Virus genome (UHGV): UHGV-0039337
Direction: 5' to 3' (one strand)
Origin: a virus
Length of the DNA stretch: 64,000 nt
In this document: positions 19,596-30,013 of the stretch, piece after piece
How the letters are laid out: the number at the start of each line of letters is the position of its first letter
Position numbering within the stretch: the first letter of the stretch is position 1
The notes under the pieces: generated by a model
Seen by the model: only the letters and a program-made list of their open reading frames with translations
Database searches by the model: none
What the model was told of the DNA's origin: nothing
Translations under genes and position numbers: made by a program

Positions 19596-20537
19596 CGATT
19601 GTACCGTTTCTTTCGAAATACTTTAACATCGTTTTATACGATCGGTCTAGACTATATCTTCAACTCATATTCTTTTACCGAATATGAGTTGCTTGGTACT
19701 TCCGGTCAGGATTTTCACCTAATTACCCGTACTCTACTCGGTTATTCTCTTAGATATTTCTTCTAAGATATCCTTTCGATAGTCGTTTGACTTTATTTTA
19801 TATTATATAGCTTCATAAGTTATTATATAGTTTTTTAATTTTCCTCTACTTGGCATAGGTTTTTTACCCTCTGCATATAATCCTAAAACCGTTATATTTC
19901 CCGCTGAATATCCAAAGTATCTTGCTAATTCTGATAGTGATACGAATTCTTTAATAAAGTTTCCTTCTCTATCATAAAGGTATACATGCTTATTGCAAGT
20001 ACAACAATCATCACCGTATGCTTGCTGTGTGTTTTCGGATATTGTGCCCCATTTTAGGTTTGTATAATGATTATTTAATTTATTGTTATCTAAATGTAAT
20101 ACTATAGGGTAATCATTTGGATTTTCTAAATAAGTCATAGCGACTAATCTATGCACCCTAAAATGTCTTCTTATTCCATCTTTACATACTAACAATAAAT
20201 CTTCATAACCATCTTTCATTATTCTTGTCGATAAAAACCTTTTTAATATTTTTGAATATATTTGCCCATCTTCGGTTATACTATAATAATCTTGTTTTAT
20301 ATTGAAGCAATCCAAATCTTTTATAAAAATCATCTCCTAATAATTTTTATAAGAAATGGCATAATATAAAATCTTAGCACAGGATTAGCATACCTATATG
20401 GCTTTAGCCTCCCCTGTTAGCACACTCATTAATAACCATTTCCTGTTATTACTAATATACGCTGAGTGTACACCCTAGTTTTTAGGTTCACCAAGTTTTT
20501 CATTATATATCACTATATAAAGGCGGCCGATATTTTA
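19596..20537 (-). mobile_element. group I intron (about 0.94 kb) in RNR gene at the RRG|A codons
   Basis: Exon 1 ends QKGRRG (GGT, U). Exon 2 begins ALMISMD after tcG. An HNH ORF lies in the middle, flanked by structured segments of about 205 nt (19596-19802 and 20334-20537). Confidence 0.65.
19803..20333 (-). CDS. HNH homing endonuclease (intron-encoded, HNH_3 type)
   Basis: 176 aa with RVHRLVAMTY...HLDNNKLNNHYTNLKWGTISEN, typical of phage HNH homing endonucleases. Confidence 0.75.
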   Translation of the reverse strand: MIFIKDLDCFNIKQDYYSITEDGQIYSKILKRFLSTRIMKDGYEDLLLVCKDGIRRHFRVHRLVAMTYLENPNDYPIVLHLDNNKLNNHYTNLKWGTISENTQQAYGDDCCTCNKHVYLYDREGNFIKEFVSLSELARYFGYSAGNITVLGLYAEGKKPMPSRGKLKNYIITYEAI

Positions 20538-20984
20538 ACCGCGTCTACCTTTTTGACCTATAAGTCCTGTTGTCATAGAATATAAATCCATAAAAGATAC
20601 TGCTCCTGATGTGGTTTTGGCTGCATTATGTACTGTAGCTTTATTTGGTCTAAGTTTTGATATATCAATTCCCACACCTCCACCATAGGAGAAAGTTCTA
20701 GCTAATTTTTTTGCCGTATCAAATATACTTTCTAAATTATCTTCAGGTGGTTCTAAAACATAACAATTAGAATAAGTTACTTTTGTTCCATTTTTTTGTA
20801 ATCCTCTATTAGCAAGTATTCTGCCTCCATATATAAATTTTTTATCAAGTATTAATTGCTGTACTTCTTTATCCCCGTTAGTTACTCTTTCTAAAAATTC
20901 ATCAAATGTTTCATTATTATATCTGTATTTTCTTTCATATTCACTTACAGATAGTTTTGATGTTAGCCATTCTTTTATATCCAA
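20538..20984 (-). CDS. ribonucleotide reductase exon 1 (N-terminal 149 aa)
   Basis: FSYGGGVGIDISKLRP ... SGAVSFMDLY ... QKGRRG are the conserved RNR N-terminal motifs. The ORF terminates right after RRG. Confidence 0.75.
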
Positions 20985-21039
20985 TATATCTACCTCTCTT
21001 TTATCCTTATATACTGTAATTAAATATTACTACACTTAG

Positions 21040-22419
21040 CTAGTCATATGACACATCATTTTTGTCATGTCTAAATCTTTTAAATCGTGGTAGTCTTATA
21101 CTAGTTAATCCAGTTTTTTCATCTTTTGTTTCTCCGAAATAAACTACTTCTATTAATTTACCTATATACTTATCTGAATTAGCCCATACTTCTTCTCTTA
21201 TAGCATCTGTTAGTCCAGATCCTACATGTACTAAATTATCTTTATATTCAATTATAAATGCACCTAATCTTCCAGCGTCTTTTCCTTTGCCTTCAATCAC
21301 ATCTACTACTTTAAAATCTCCTGATACTTCAGGCTTCATTTTAAACATACTAGTACCTTTAGCTCTTACATATGAAGCATCAGCTATATCTATTACTAGG
21401 CCTTCTTCACCTTCAGCTATAATTTCTTCATATGTTTCATATATATCTTGCATTAATTTTTCATCTACTTTTACATCATTATAATAAACCGGTACTGTTG
21501 TAATATGTGATATATCTAATTCTCTTATCATATTGACTATGTCTGCTAGTCTATTGCAACGTGGCACCTTATACTCTTCGTAGTTAAAGAAACCTTCAAT
21601 ATCTTCTAGATAATCGAATACTATGAAGTCAATACCTATTTTAGTATCATCCTTACCTAATATTTTAGTAGTAGCATTAAATCTAGTAGTAGAATCTTCG
21701 AATTCTCCATGAGCTATCATTTCACCATCGTATACACCATCTGGTAATAGTTTAGCTTCCTCTATTATTTCTACTAAATTATTATCTAGTTTACCGCTAG
21801 AAGTATATATATTTACATCGTCGTCTTGTTTAATTACTTTATATCTATAACCGTCTAGTTTTAATGTGACGGTTATATTCTTACCTAGTATTTTCTTAGT
21901 TTTAAGTTCACCAGTTTTATTATCAACTAAAGAATGGCCTTTACGTTCTCTCCAGTTTCTTTCTAATCCTGGTATATGACCATAAGCTGTAAGATCAGTA
22001 ACGCCACATTTAAAGTCTTTAGTTAATATATCTGATACAAACTGTCTCTCTTTTTTATCTTCTATGTTGTTTAAAAATCTTTGTGTATTGTATACATCTT
22101 GGTCTTTACCTGTATTGTTCTCTAATAAGAATTCTATTAATAGCTTTATACTAGTAAAGTTTACTTCAAAGAACTCTTTTGTGTCTTTGAATTGCTTTTT
22201 TAGTTTAGATTTTTTAATACCTGTAATTTTATTATCATTTAATAGATATTCTATTAGATAACAGAAATCAGGATCTGATGCGTATTCATCAAGAGTATCA
22301 AGTTTATCTTGTACTTTAGATTTAGATTTGAGATTTGTGAACTTATTATATAAATCAGTTATATTTTCCACTATACTAAACTCTCCTCCATAATTACAGC
22401 TTGTACTTCGCAACAGCAA
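21040..22419 (-). CDS. ATP-dependent DNA ligase
   Basis: 459 aa. Motif I TLKLDGYRY (KxDGxR), motif IV-like EGLVID, motif V FKMK. Confidence 0.75.
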   Translation of the reverse strand: MLLRSTSCNYGGEFSIVENITDLYNKFTNLKSKSKVQDKLDTLDEYASDPDFCYLIEYLLNDNKITGIKKSKLKKQFKDTKEFFEVNFTSIKLLIEFLLENNTGKDQDVYNTQRFLNNIEDKKERQFVSDILTKDFKCGVTDLTAYGHIPGLERNWRERKGHSLVDNKTGELKTKKILGKNITVTLKLDGYRYKVIKQDDDVNIYTSSGKLDNNLVEIIEEAKLLPDGVYDGEMIAHGEFEDSTTRFNATTKILGKDDTKIGIDFIVFDYLEDIEGFFNYEEYKVPRCNRLADIVNMIRELDISHITTVPVYYNDVKVDEKLMQDIYETYEEIIAEGEEGLVIDIADASYVRAKGTSMFKMKPEVSGDFKVVDVIEGKGKDAGRLGAFIIEYKDNLVHVGSGLTDAIREEVWANSDKYIGKLIEVVYFGETKDEKTGLTSIRLPRFKRFRHDKNDVSYD

Positions 22420-22772
22420 GTTTTATTAACTGGTAAAGAATCTATCCATTGGTCAAGTAACTCTAATTTGAGGTCTATATATTCATCTGTTATAACTACG
22501 GATTTATAATTATCTTCTTCTAAGTCTTCCATATATATAGCACATCTTTTATCATCGTGCTCATCACAATAGAACCATCCATGAGGTGATCCTATATTAT
22601 TATCTTCAATATCTATAGATGTACATACGTCAAATACTATATAGCCAAATATTGATCTCTCAGGATGTCCTGAACAACTAAATTCAGTTACATATCCTTT
22701 ATTATTAAGTTTTTTAATATGTGGTGCTATTTTTTCATCAACTTCAAATGTTTTTATTTGTTGCATTATCAT
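22371..22772 (-). CDS. hypothetical protein
   Basis: 133-aa ORF overlapping the ligase start by 49 nt. Confidence 0.3.
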   Translation of the reverse strand: MIMQQIKTFEVDEKIAPHIKKLNNKGYVTEFSCSGHPERSIFGYIVFDVCTSIDIEDNNIGSPHGWFYCDEHDDKRCAIYMEDLEEDNYKSVVITDEYIDLKLELLDQWIDSLPVNKTCCCEVQAVIMEESLV

Positions 22773-23379
22773 TATTTTTAACCACCTCTAATTCAGCTTT
22801 AAGCATATCAACTTCTGCTTGTAATTTAAGATTTTCTGCTTCTGTAAATATACGCTTTTTATCTGCTAAATTTATTCTATGCTGTGCTTCTTTTGCTGTT
22901 TTTCTATCTTCTGTCATAGTAGCTACTATGTCATTCATTTGCTGTTTATCTATTACCACATATTGTTGTTCGTCTGTATTTTTAAAACTAAATACTAAAT
23001 ACCAGAAGTCCATATTCTCAGCTGGCGCTTCTTTTGCAAGTTTATCTAACCATTCTTTCTTAATAGTAAATTGAGAATGACCACGTGCTCTTATTACTTC
23101 TTGTGTCTTTACTTCTTGCATAATATTAACAAGGCCAAGAATTTGTTCATCGCCTTTTATTTTGCCAGCACCAGAATTTGGTGTTAATCCTGTACTAATA
23201 GTAGCAACATTTGATTCATGGTTTATCATTTCTGCTTTAGAACCCATACGATTAGATTCTTTATTGTAATTCTTTTTTAACCCATATGTTTTCTTTTTTA
23301 TCTGTTCATATTTAGATCCATTTACGCACATTAGACACCTATTGGTGTCTAAGTGCTTACACATATTACAATCATGCAT
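22744..23379 (-). CDS. hypothetical protein with N-terminal Cys cluster and C-terminal coiled coil (possible nuclease)
   Basis: 211 aa with CNMCKH...CLMCVNG. The central GDEQILGLVNIMQEVK is faintly PD-(D/E)xK/VRR-NUC-like. Uncertain. Confidence 0.3.
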   Translation of the reverse strand: MHDCNMCKHLDTNRCLMCVNGSKYEQIKKKTYGLKKNYNKESNRMGSKAEMINHESNVATISTGLTPNSGAGKIKGDEQILGLVNIMQEVKTQEVIRARGHSQFTIKKEWLDKLAKEAPAENMDFWYLVFSFKNTDEQQYVVIDKQQMNDIVATMTEDRKTAKEAQHRINLADKKRIFTEAENLKLQAEVDMLKAELEVVKNNDNATNKNI

Positions 23380-23702
23380 TATTCTTTTTCTTCCTGTGTT
23401 TCAAGATTCATTATTTCTTTATGTTTTCCTTCTGTAGTTTCACATATTATATTGGTTATATCATGAAATAACTTATTCATTTTGTTTACGCTTCTTTCTA
23501 CTGCTTTAGTTTTTTTGATAAAAGCTACATATTTGTCTACAGTTTCTTCATCATTGACATCTCCATCATTATATTTTATTGCTGAATCTAGTGCTGCATT
23601 TAAAACTGAGGTTAAATATATATCATCTGTTCTATCATAAATACTATATGAAATTTTGTTTTGATCCAATATTTCTTTTGCAGAATCATCTACTACTAAC
23701 AT
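23379..23702 (-). CDS. hypothetical protein
   Basis: 107-aa ORF. Confidence 0.3.
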   Translation of the reverse strand: MLVVDDSAKEILDQNKISYSIYDRTDDIYLTSVLNAALDSAIKYNDGDVNDEETVDKYVAFIKKTKAVERSVNKMNKLFHDITNIICETTEGKHKEIMNLETQEEKE

Positions 23703-23715
23703 TCAATCACTCCTT

Positions 23716-24291
23716 TTATTCTATTAAAGATATAATTTGATTATTCATATTTCTATATTGATATATATTGCTTCTTGTCATGTTGTCTAAAGTATATAAA
23801 GTTACTTTTAAATCATCAAATGTAGTATATTCTAAATCGTCAATTTTCGGTATTTCTATTATTTCGTCTTCGTCATTCATTTCATAGAAATCTGCTTCGT
23901 TTCCTTCCCAAAAACATGAATTATCTATATCTTTGTCGTTCATATATACATGTATTTCTCCTTCAGCGTAATCTATATTAGTTAATCTTTGTTCCTCGGA
24001 AAGCGCTATTAATCCTCTATCTCTATCTAGATTATCTTCTAATGGTTTAAAACCTAATTGTTCATAAACATATTGTCTATCTTCTATATTTACTCTAGCA
24101 CCTATGTTTTCTAATGCTTTTATAATATTAGTTTCTAGCACTCTTGTTTTTGCAATAGAGTTATATGACCTTATAAAATCTTGAGCTTTGTAATATGCAG
24201 ATCTAGAATAAGCACTCCAATGATAATATACGTTTATGATAGGTGCTTCTCCTCTATTTTTATATATATTCATAATTAATCTTTGTCCCAT
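23716..24291 (-). CDS. hypothetical protein
   Basis: 191-aa ORF immediately downstream of the recombinase gene. Confidence 0.35.
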   Translation of the reverse strand: MGQRLIMNIYKNRGEAPIINVYYHWSAYSRSAYYKAQDFIRSYNSIAKTRVLETNIIKALENIGARVNIEDRQYVYEQLGFKPLEDNLDRDRGLIALSEEQRLTNIDYAEGEIHVYMNDKDIDNSCFWEGNEADFYEMNDEDEIIEIPKIDDLEYTTFDDLKVTLYTLDNMTRSNIYQYRNMNNQIISLIE

Positions 24292-24336
24292 AAGTTCACC
24301 TCTAAAAGAAATAAGCCTATAAACATAGGCTCATTA

Positions 24337-25545
24337 TTATTCTGTTATTGTTTCATCTAACATAGCTTCAAGTTTTTCCATTTCTTGTGCTTCACTTTCT
24401 GCTTGTTCTTTTAATTGCTTTACTTCATCTTCAGGTAAATCTTCTACAGCATAATTTCCTTCTACTTTAGATTTAAGATATTCAAAATATTCTGGATGTG
24501 CTTCTATATAGTTCATGAAAGCTGCTAGACCATTCCATTTAGCTACTGTACCATCTGGTAAAGTTCTTTCATTACCTTTTTCTTTTTCTCCAATTGCATT
24601 GTATTCTCTTATCCAAGCGCCTTTCTTTTCAACTATACCTGAATTAAATACTGCATCTATTATTTCTGGATTTCTATCTATACCACTTCCATATTTTACA
24701 TAGTATCCTATCTTAACATATGTATTTCTATCAGTGATACAATGGTTTTTAGTTACTTTTAAGTCTATTGTCATATATTGATCTTTTACGCTATATAGCA
24801 TATCTTTATTATCCATAAAACCTTTAGATAATTCTAAAGTAAGAACATTATTGTATCTTATTTGTTTACCGCCACCTATAAGTGCACCGGCTCTAGGACC
24901 TCCACCTATGTTGGTACTATAATGTTGAATAGTAATTAATGCAGTTCCTGAAGAGGCTATTATAGGTATAACCTTTCTCATAAATTTACTATTAACTCTA
25001 GCTTGTAATGCAACAGTATCATCTTTCATATCATTTTGAAACTCTTTAGTAGGAGTTAAACATTTTAGTGAGTTTATTACTATCATATCTACTCCAGTAT
25101 AAGCCATTCTTATAACATAATCCAGAACTTCTTCTGCTGTCATATCGTCAGTATTCATAAATATGAATCTGTCTTTTAAATCTTCATCGGTTATACCAAA
25201 CATTTTAATAGAAGTAGATTCTAATGAATTTTCACTTTCTATCCAACATCCAGTAAAATCAGGATCATTTTTAAGGTTATGCGCAATAGTTTCCAGCATC
25301 AGCATAGTTTTACCACTGTCAGGATTTCCTGCTACTAGAGTATATTTACTTCTAGGTATACCTCCACCTGTAGCTTCATTAACTCTCAATGATGGTGTAG
25401 GTATATATTCTATTACTAATTTTTCTGCTATGTCTTCATCATTAAGAGTACCTATGACTGTAGTACCTGCAGCTTTATTTATATCTTTAATAGCTTCTCC
25501 TATCAGTTTTTTTCTTTCTGCTAGGCTTTTACGTTTTATCGCCAT
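24337..25545 (-). CDS. RecA/UvsX-family recombinase
   Basis: 402 aa. IPTPSLRVNEATGGGIPRSKYTLVAGNPDSGKTMLMLE aligns with RecA ISTGSLSLD.ALG.GG.P.GRI.EI.GPESSGKT. Confidence 0.75.
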   Translation of the reverse strand: MAIKRKSLAERKKLIGEAIKDINKAAGTTVIGTLNDEDIAEKLVIEYIPTPSLRVNEATGGGIPRSKYTLVAGNPDSGKTMLMLETIAHNLKNDPDFTGCWIESENSLESTSIKMFGITDEDLKDRFIFMNTDDMTAEEVLDYVIRMAYTGVDMIVINSLKCLTPTKEFQNDMKDDTVALQARVNSKFMRKVIPIIASSGTALITIQHYSTNIGGGPRAGALIGGGKQIRYNNVLTLELSKGFMDNKDMLYSVKDQYMTIDLKVTKNHCITDRNTYVKIGYYVKYGSGIDRNPEIIDAVFNSGIVEKKGAWIREYNAIGEKEKGNERTLPDGTVAKWNGLAAFMNYIEAHPEYFEYLKSKVEGNYAVEDLPEDEVKQLKEQAESEAQEMEKLEAMLDETITE

Positions 25546-25562
25546 ATAATCTCTCCTTTCAA

Positions 25563-25910
25563 TTAATTAATTTTATTTATATAATCATTTAATGATTTTA
25601 TAAGCTCGTCTATTTCTTTTGTAAGAGATTCAGGTGGCGCTGAATTAAAACTTTTATAATAACTATCTACAATATTTTTTTTACGTTGTTCTAATATATA
25701 TACATTAGCTCTAAAAATTGGTTTTGCTGCATTCATATTTACGCTTTTATCTTCTGTCTCTATATATTGTATTAATTCTTCAAGGAAAAGAGCTACAACA
25801 TTACGTACAGCATCTTTTCCTTCATACATCGAAGAAGAAGCAGCTACGCCTATAAAATTAGTTATAGCTGCTCTTAATGATTCTTGTTCATTTGTATATG
25901 GTTTTGCCAC
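25563..25910 (-). CDS. hypothetical protein
   Basis: 115-aa ORF. Confidence 0.35.
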   Translation of the reverse strand: MAKPYTNEQESLRAAITNFIGVAASSSMYEGKDAVRNVVALFLEELIQYIETEDKSVNMNAAKPIFRANVYILEQRKKNIVDSYYKSFNSAPPESLTKEIDELIKSLNDYINKIN

Positions 25911-28342
25911 TATTCCTCTACCTCTTCTATTTGCTCTTCAGGTAAACAAGTAACAGCTACTACATAGTCGTCTTTATCTAAGTTAATTAATTTAGTGCCT
26001 GTAGTATGTCTACTAGAATGAGCAATATTATTCGCATCTATTCTTATAGTTTTGCCATTAGCTGTAGCTATAAGTATATTAGCATTATCTAATATAAACG
26101 CAGATACAACAGGACCTGTTTTATCACTTACTTTATGACAGAAAATACCTTTGCATCCTCTAGACTTAGAAGCAAATTCTTCTTCATTAGTTGCTTTAGC
26201 TATACCATATTTAGTTACAGTAACTACTTCTGTATTAGAATGCATAGATAATATACCTATTACTTCGTCACCTTCACTTAGTTTTATACCTTTAACACCT
26301 CTAGCTGATCTACCACTAGGTCTTACTGTATTAGAGTTGAATCTAGTAGATAAACTATTAGCAGTAAGTATCATAACTTCTTCGTCGTCTTTAGCTAATA
26401 AAGCTCCTACTACTTCATCATCATCTACTAATCCCATTACTTTAGTAACGTTAAATCTATTAGATAATTGTGCTAATGCTAAACGTTTTATTTGTCCTTT
26501 TTTACTTACAAGAACAAGATAGCGTTCTTTGTCATTAAGATTAGTAGCTAATGTTTTAATAGGATACTCTCCTTCTTCCATAGATACAAAGTTAGCTAAA
26601 TTTTTACCACGAGAGGACTTATTTACTTTAGGTATTTTATATGCTTTAACTGTATGACATCTACCTGTATTAGTTATAAATAATAAGTCATCTTTACTGT
26701 TAATAGTAAATAAATCTACTACTAATTCATCGTCTTTAGTATCGGCTCCTTTAGAACCTTTACCAGCTCTTCTTTGTTTATTATATTCATTAGTAGCTAC
26801 AGATTTTATATTTTGATCACTTGTAACAGTAACTATTAATTCTTCATCTTTAATTAGATCTACTAATTCTATTTCATCTTCTAGCTCTATTGCTGTACGT
26901 CTTTCATCTCCATATTTATTTTTCATTTCGGTAAATTCTTCTATTAATTGTTTTAATATTACTTCGTCGTCTTTTGTTAGGTTTATTAAATGAGGTAGTT
27001 GTTCATACATATTAGATAAATCTGTTTCTACTTTTTCTTCAGATACTTTAGACAATCTTGATATTTTCATATCATATACATATTTAGCTTGTTCTTCTTC
27101 TAAGTCAAGTTCATCTTGTAATGATTGTATAGGATTATCTTCTTCTCTTATAATATGAATAACTTTATCTATATTTTCTATAGCTTTTTGTACGCCTTCT
27201 AATATTAATATATTATGATTTAATTTAGTTAAATCATATTGAGAGCGTCTGCGTACTATTTCCATACTGTGTATAATAAATTGTTCAAGACAATCAAGTA
27301 TGCCGAATTCTTTAGGCATTCCGTCTAATAATGCTTTAACATTATAATTTATAGATATTTGTAAATCTGTTTTAGATAATAAATGTTTTATTACTAAATC
27401 TGGATTAGCACTTTTTTTAAGTTTAATTTGTATATTACAGTTTTCTGTACGTTTAGTTACATCTAAAACTTCACGTATGCCTTCTACTTTATTATCTATA
27501 CGTAAATCATCTATTTTGTTTACTAGTTTTAATTTATTTACTTGGTATGGTAGTTCTGTAATTCTAATTATTTTATTATGTCTTTTATCTTCTTCTATAT
27601 CGTATTTACATCTTAAAATTACTTTTCCTTTACCTTCGCTTATTATTTTAAGCCATTCTTTATTAGAAGTTATTATTCCCCCATCTGGAAAATCTGGGCC
27701 TTTTATTATTTTAGCTATATCACTACATTCATACTCTTCATCTTTTAATGCTTTATCTATCATAAATAATATCGCATCATATATTTCTGTTAAATTATGA
27801 GGTGGTACATAAGTAGACATAGACACGGCTATACCGTTTGTTCCATTAGCTAAAAAGTTAGGCAATAAAGATGGTAACGTCATAGGTTCTTTTAAAGTAT
27901 TGTCAAAGTTATCCATATAATTAACAGTATCTTTTTCTATATCTTTACATACAGCATCTCCATATTTAGATAAATGACATGTAGTATATCTATAAGCGGC
28001 AGCTTTAAATCCATCTCTATTACCAAATGAAGTAGTTGTATCTATTAAAGGATATCTCATTACCCAATTTTGTCCTAATCTGGTAAGCGCATCATATAAT
28101 GAGATATCGCCGTGTGGATATGTCGTTGCTAATACTGAACCTACTACTTTTGCACATTTTTTTTCTGGATCTGTACTTTTCATTCCATGAGTATACATAT
28201 CCCATATTATTTTTCTACCTGATGGTTTTAATCCCGTATTTACATCAGGTATTGCTCTATCTCCTATAACAGCTAATGCATAAGCTTTATATCTAGGAGC
28301 TAGAGCGTCGCCTACTGATTTTTCTATAATATGTTCAGCCAC
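25910..28342 (-). CDS. gyrA: type II topoisomerase subunit A (GyrA-like, with C-terminal beta-pinwheel region)
   Basis: 810 aa. AIPDVNTGLKPSGRKIIWDMY and VVGSVLATTYPHGDISLYDALTRLGQNWVMRYPLID match the GyrA signatures (R.LPDVRDGLKP..R, HPHGD). Confidence 0.8.
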   Translation of the reverse strand: MAEHIIEKSVGDALAPRYKAYALAVIGDRAIPDVNTGLKPSGRKIIWDMYTHGMKSTDPEKKCAKVVGSVLATTYPHGDISLYDALTRLGQNWVMRYPLIDTTTSFGNRDGFKAAAYRYTTCHLSKYGDAVCKDIEKDTVNYMDNFDNTLKEPMTLPSLLPNFLANGTNGIAVSMSTYVPPHNLTEIYDAILFMIDKALKDEEYECSDIAKIIKGPDFPDGGIITSNKEWLKIISEGKGKVILRCKYDIEEDKRHNKIIRITELPYQVNKLKLVNKIDDLRIDNKVEGIREVLDVTKRTENCNIQIKLKKSANPDLVIKHLLSKTDLQISINYNVKALLDGMPKEFGILDCLEQFIIHSMEIVRRRSQYDLTKLNHNILILEGVQKAIENIDKVIHIIREEDNPIQSLQDELDLEEEQAKYVYDMKISRLSKVSEEKVETDLSNMYEQLPHLINLTKDDEVILKQLIEEFTEMKNKYGDERRTAIELEDEIELVDLIKDEELIVTVTSDQNIKSVATNEYNKQRRAGKGSKGADTKDDELVVDLFTINSKDDLLFITNTGRCHTVKAYKIPKVNKSSRGKNLANFVSMEEGEYPIKTLATNLNDKERYLVLVSKKGQIKRLALAQLSNRFNVTKVMGLVDDDEVVGALLAKDDEEVMILTANSLSTRFNSNTVRPSGRSARGVKGIKLSEGDEVIGILSMHSNTEVVTVTKYGIAKATNEEEFASKSRGCKGIFCHKVSDKTGPVVSAFILDNANILIATANGKTIRIDANNIAHSSRHTTGTKLINLDKDDYVVAVTCLPEEQIEEVEE

Positions 28343-28356
28343 GCTATCTTCCTCCC

Positions 28357-28752
28357 CTATAATATCGTATAATCTTCTTCAGACATTATATATTGTCTTT
28401 TTTCTGTATTCATTACTTTGCTATTCATACACATAGAAACTATTTTATTAGCTTCTTCTGCGTCTTCAATTGTTATTTTAATTAGTGTTCTATGTTCTGG
28501 ATTCATAGTTGAATCCCATAAACCTTCTGCTGATAATTCACCTAATCCTTTTAAATAAGTTATATTTAATTTTTTATTAGGATATTGTTGTTTAATAGAA
28601 TTTAATTCAGCATCATCTATAGCATATAACGTAGTATTTTTATCTACTATAATCTTATATAATGGTGGGCATGATAAATATAAATAACCTTCTTCTATTA
28701 TAGGTCTAAAATATCTATAAAATAATGTTATATACAAAGTAGCTATATGATA
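28357..28752 (-). CDS. gyrB: type II topoisomerase subunit B (GyrB-like), exon 3 (C-terminal about 131 aa)
   Basis: In-frame extension GYHIAMYITLFYRYF...LSCPPLYKI...YLKGLGELSAEGLW matches the GyrB C-terminus (GSHIRTLLLTFFYR ... PPLYK ... YKGLGEM). Confidence 0.75.
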   Translation of the reverse strand, partial: YHIATLYITLFYRYFRPIIEEGYLYLSCPPLYKIIVDKNTTLYAIDDAELNSIKQQYPNKKLNITYLKGLGELSAEGLWDSTMNPEHRTLIKITIEDAEEANKIVSMCMNSKVMNTEKRQYIMSEEDYTIL

Positions 28753-30013
28753 ACCCGATTACACCCTCGGTTTCCCGATATTTATCAGGGGTCTAGACTA
28801 TACCTTCGCCATTTCAGGCGCACTGAACGTAGTCGTTGGACTCCTCCTGTTCGGAGTCGGCTGCTGATTTTCCATTAATTCACCCTTAGCACGTATTTAA
28901 TAATACGCTTTTGTCTCAGCTTAGGTAATCCTCAATACTTTTTTCTGCTTTCGCAACATTCATATAAGTTTGTTTCATCTTATATTGTAGTGATTAAGGC
29001 TTTAGGAATTCCCAGCAAGCGGTCAGTGTAATAATCCTATAGGTTATTATTCCCTATAAGACGACTATATTTATAAATTAATTATATTTTAAATAGAGAT
29101 TTAAATAACGTTCAAATTTGCGTTCCATATATATAGTACAATCTAAATATAACCAACTCATTATTTGATATACTTGATTATCACCACATAATCTTAAACT
29201 TTGAACGTTTCCGTCTCCGTTTTTATGTCTTTTTTGTAATTTTACATTCTCTTTATTTAAAATTGTTTTAAGCGTTTCTAAAAATTCTGTAGTACCTAAT
29301 ATACTAATATCATAAGTATGATATTTTTTATCTCCTGATATTGACAGAGATCCATCTCCATCAAAATATCCTCTAATAAAATGTCTTTGTAATTCTTTTG
29401 GTACTATATCCTCTGAAGGAAATAAACAATGATTGGTTTTATCAAGGCTAAAACCTTTATTAACTAAATCTTGATACATCTTTTTGCTAGTTATAACCAT
29501 TTTTGACTCTCTTGTAATACAATCAAAACTTTTATTGTAATGTTCATAATCTCTTATTGGATACGTAGAGTCTATATCTTTTTTAAATTTTTCTATCATA
29601 TTACGATCTTTTGTGGCTAACGTTAATCCTATTTCATTCCCTCTATTTGTTATATATCCATCAGCCATTAAAAAACCCAACCAATAAGCTTTATGTTCTG
29701 TATCAATAACTTCAAAGTAATTATCATTTACTTTATTTCTTCTTAAATCATCAGGACTTTTCTTTTGATATAGTCCTGCTTTAATTAAAACTGGATAAAT
29801 AGTTTGAGGTTTTCTATCTTTTAACGATTCTTTATTCTCACAAATCCATTTTACGCTATGTCCCTCTTTATATTTATTGCATATCCATTTTTTATCTTCT
29901 TCAGAAAATGATTTTCTTATTCTTTTTGTCAATATATTCACCCCAATATTTAGTTTCTTTATCTAAATATTACGGTGAACGTAGACGCTTATAATAATTA
30001 TTTATAAATCTTA
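28753..30013 (-). mobile_element. group I intron (about 1.26 kb) in gyrB at the Toprim DxDxD|G codons
   Basis: Exon 2 ends DADVD (GAT, U) followed directly by a stop. Exon 3 begins GYHI after tcG. A LAGLIDADG ORF starts about 72 nt into the insert. A 325-nt structured block 28753-29077 lies 3' of it. Confidence 0.65.
29078..29941 (-). CDS. LAGLIDADG homing endonuclease (intron-encoded)
   Basis: 287 aa with YWLGFLMADGYI and FIRGYFDGDGSL. Same family as the UvrD- and clpX-intron HEGs. Confidence 0.85.
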   Translation of the reverse strand: MNILTKRIRKSFSEEDKKWICNKYKEGHSVKWICENKESLKDRKPQTIYPVLIKAGLYQKKSPDDLRRNKVNDNYFEVIDTEHKAYWLGFLMADGYITNRGNEIGLTLATKDRNMIEKFKKDIDSTYPIRDYEHYNKSFDCITRESKMVITSKKMYQDLVNKGFSLDKTNHCLFPSEDIVPKELQRHFIRGYFDGDGSLSISGDKKYHTYDISILGTTEFLETLKTILNKENVKLQKRHKNGDGNVQSLRLCGDNQVYQIMSWLYLDCTIYMERKFERYLNLYLKYN

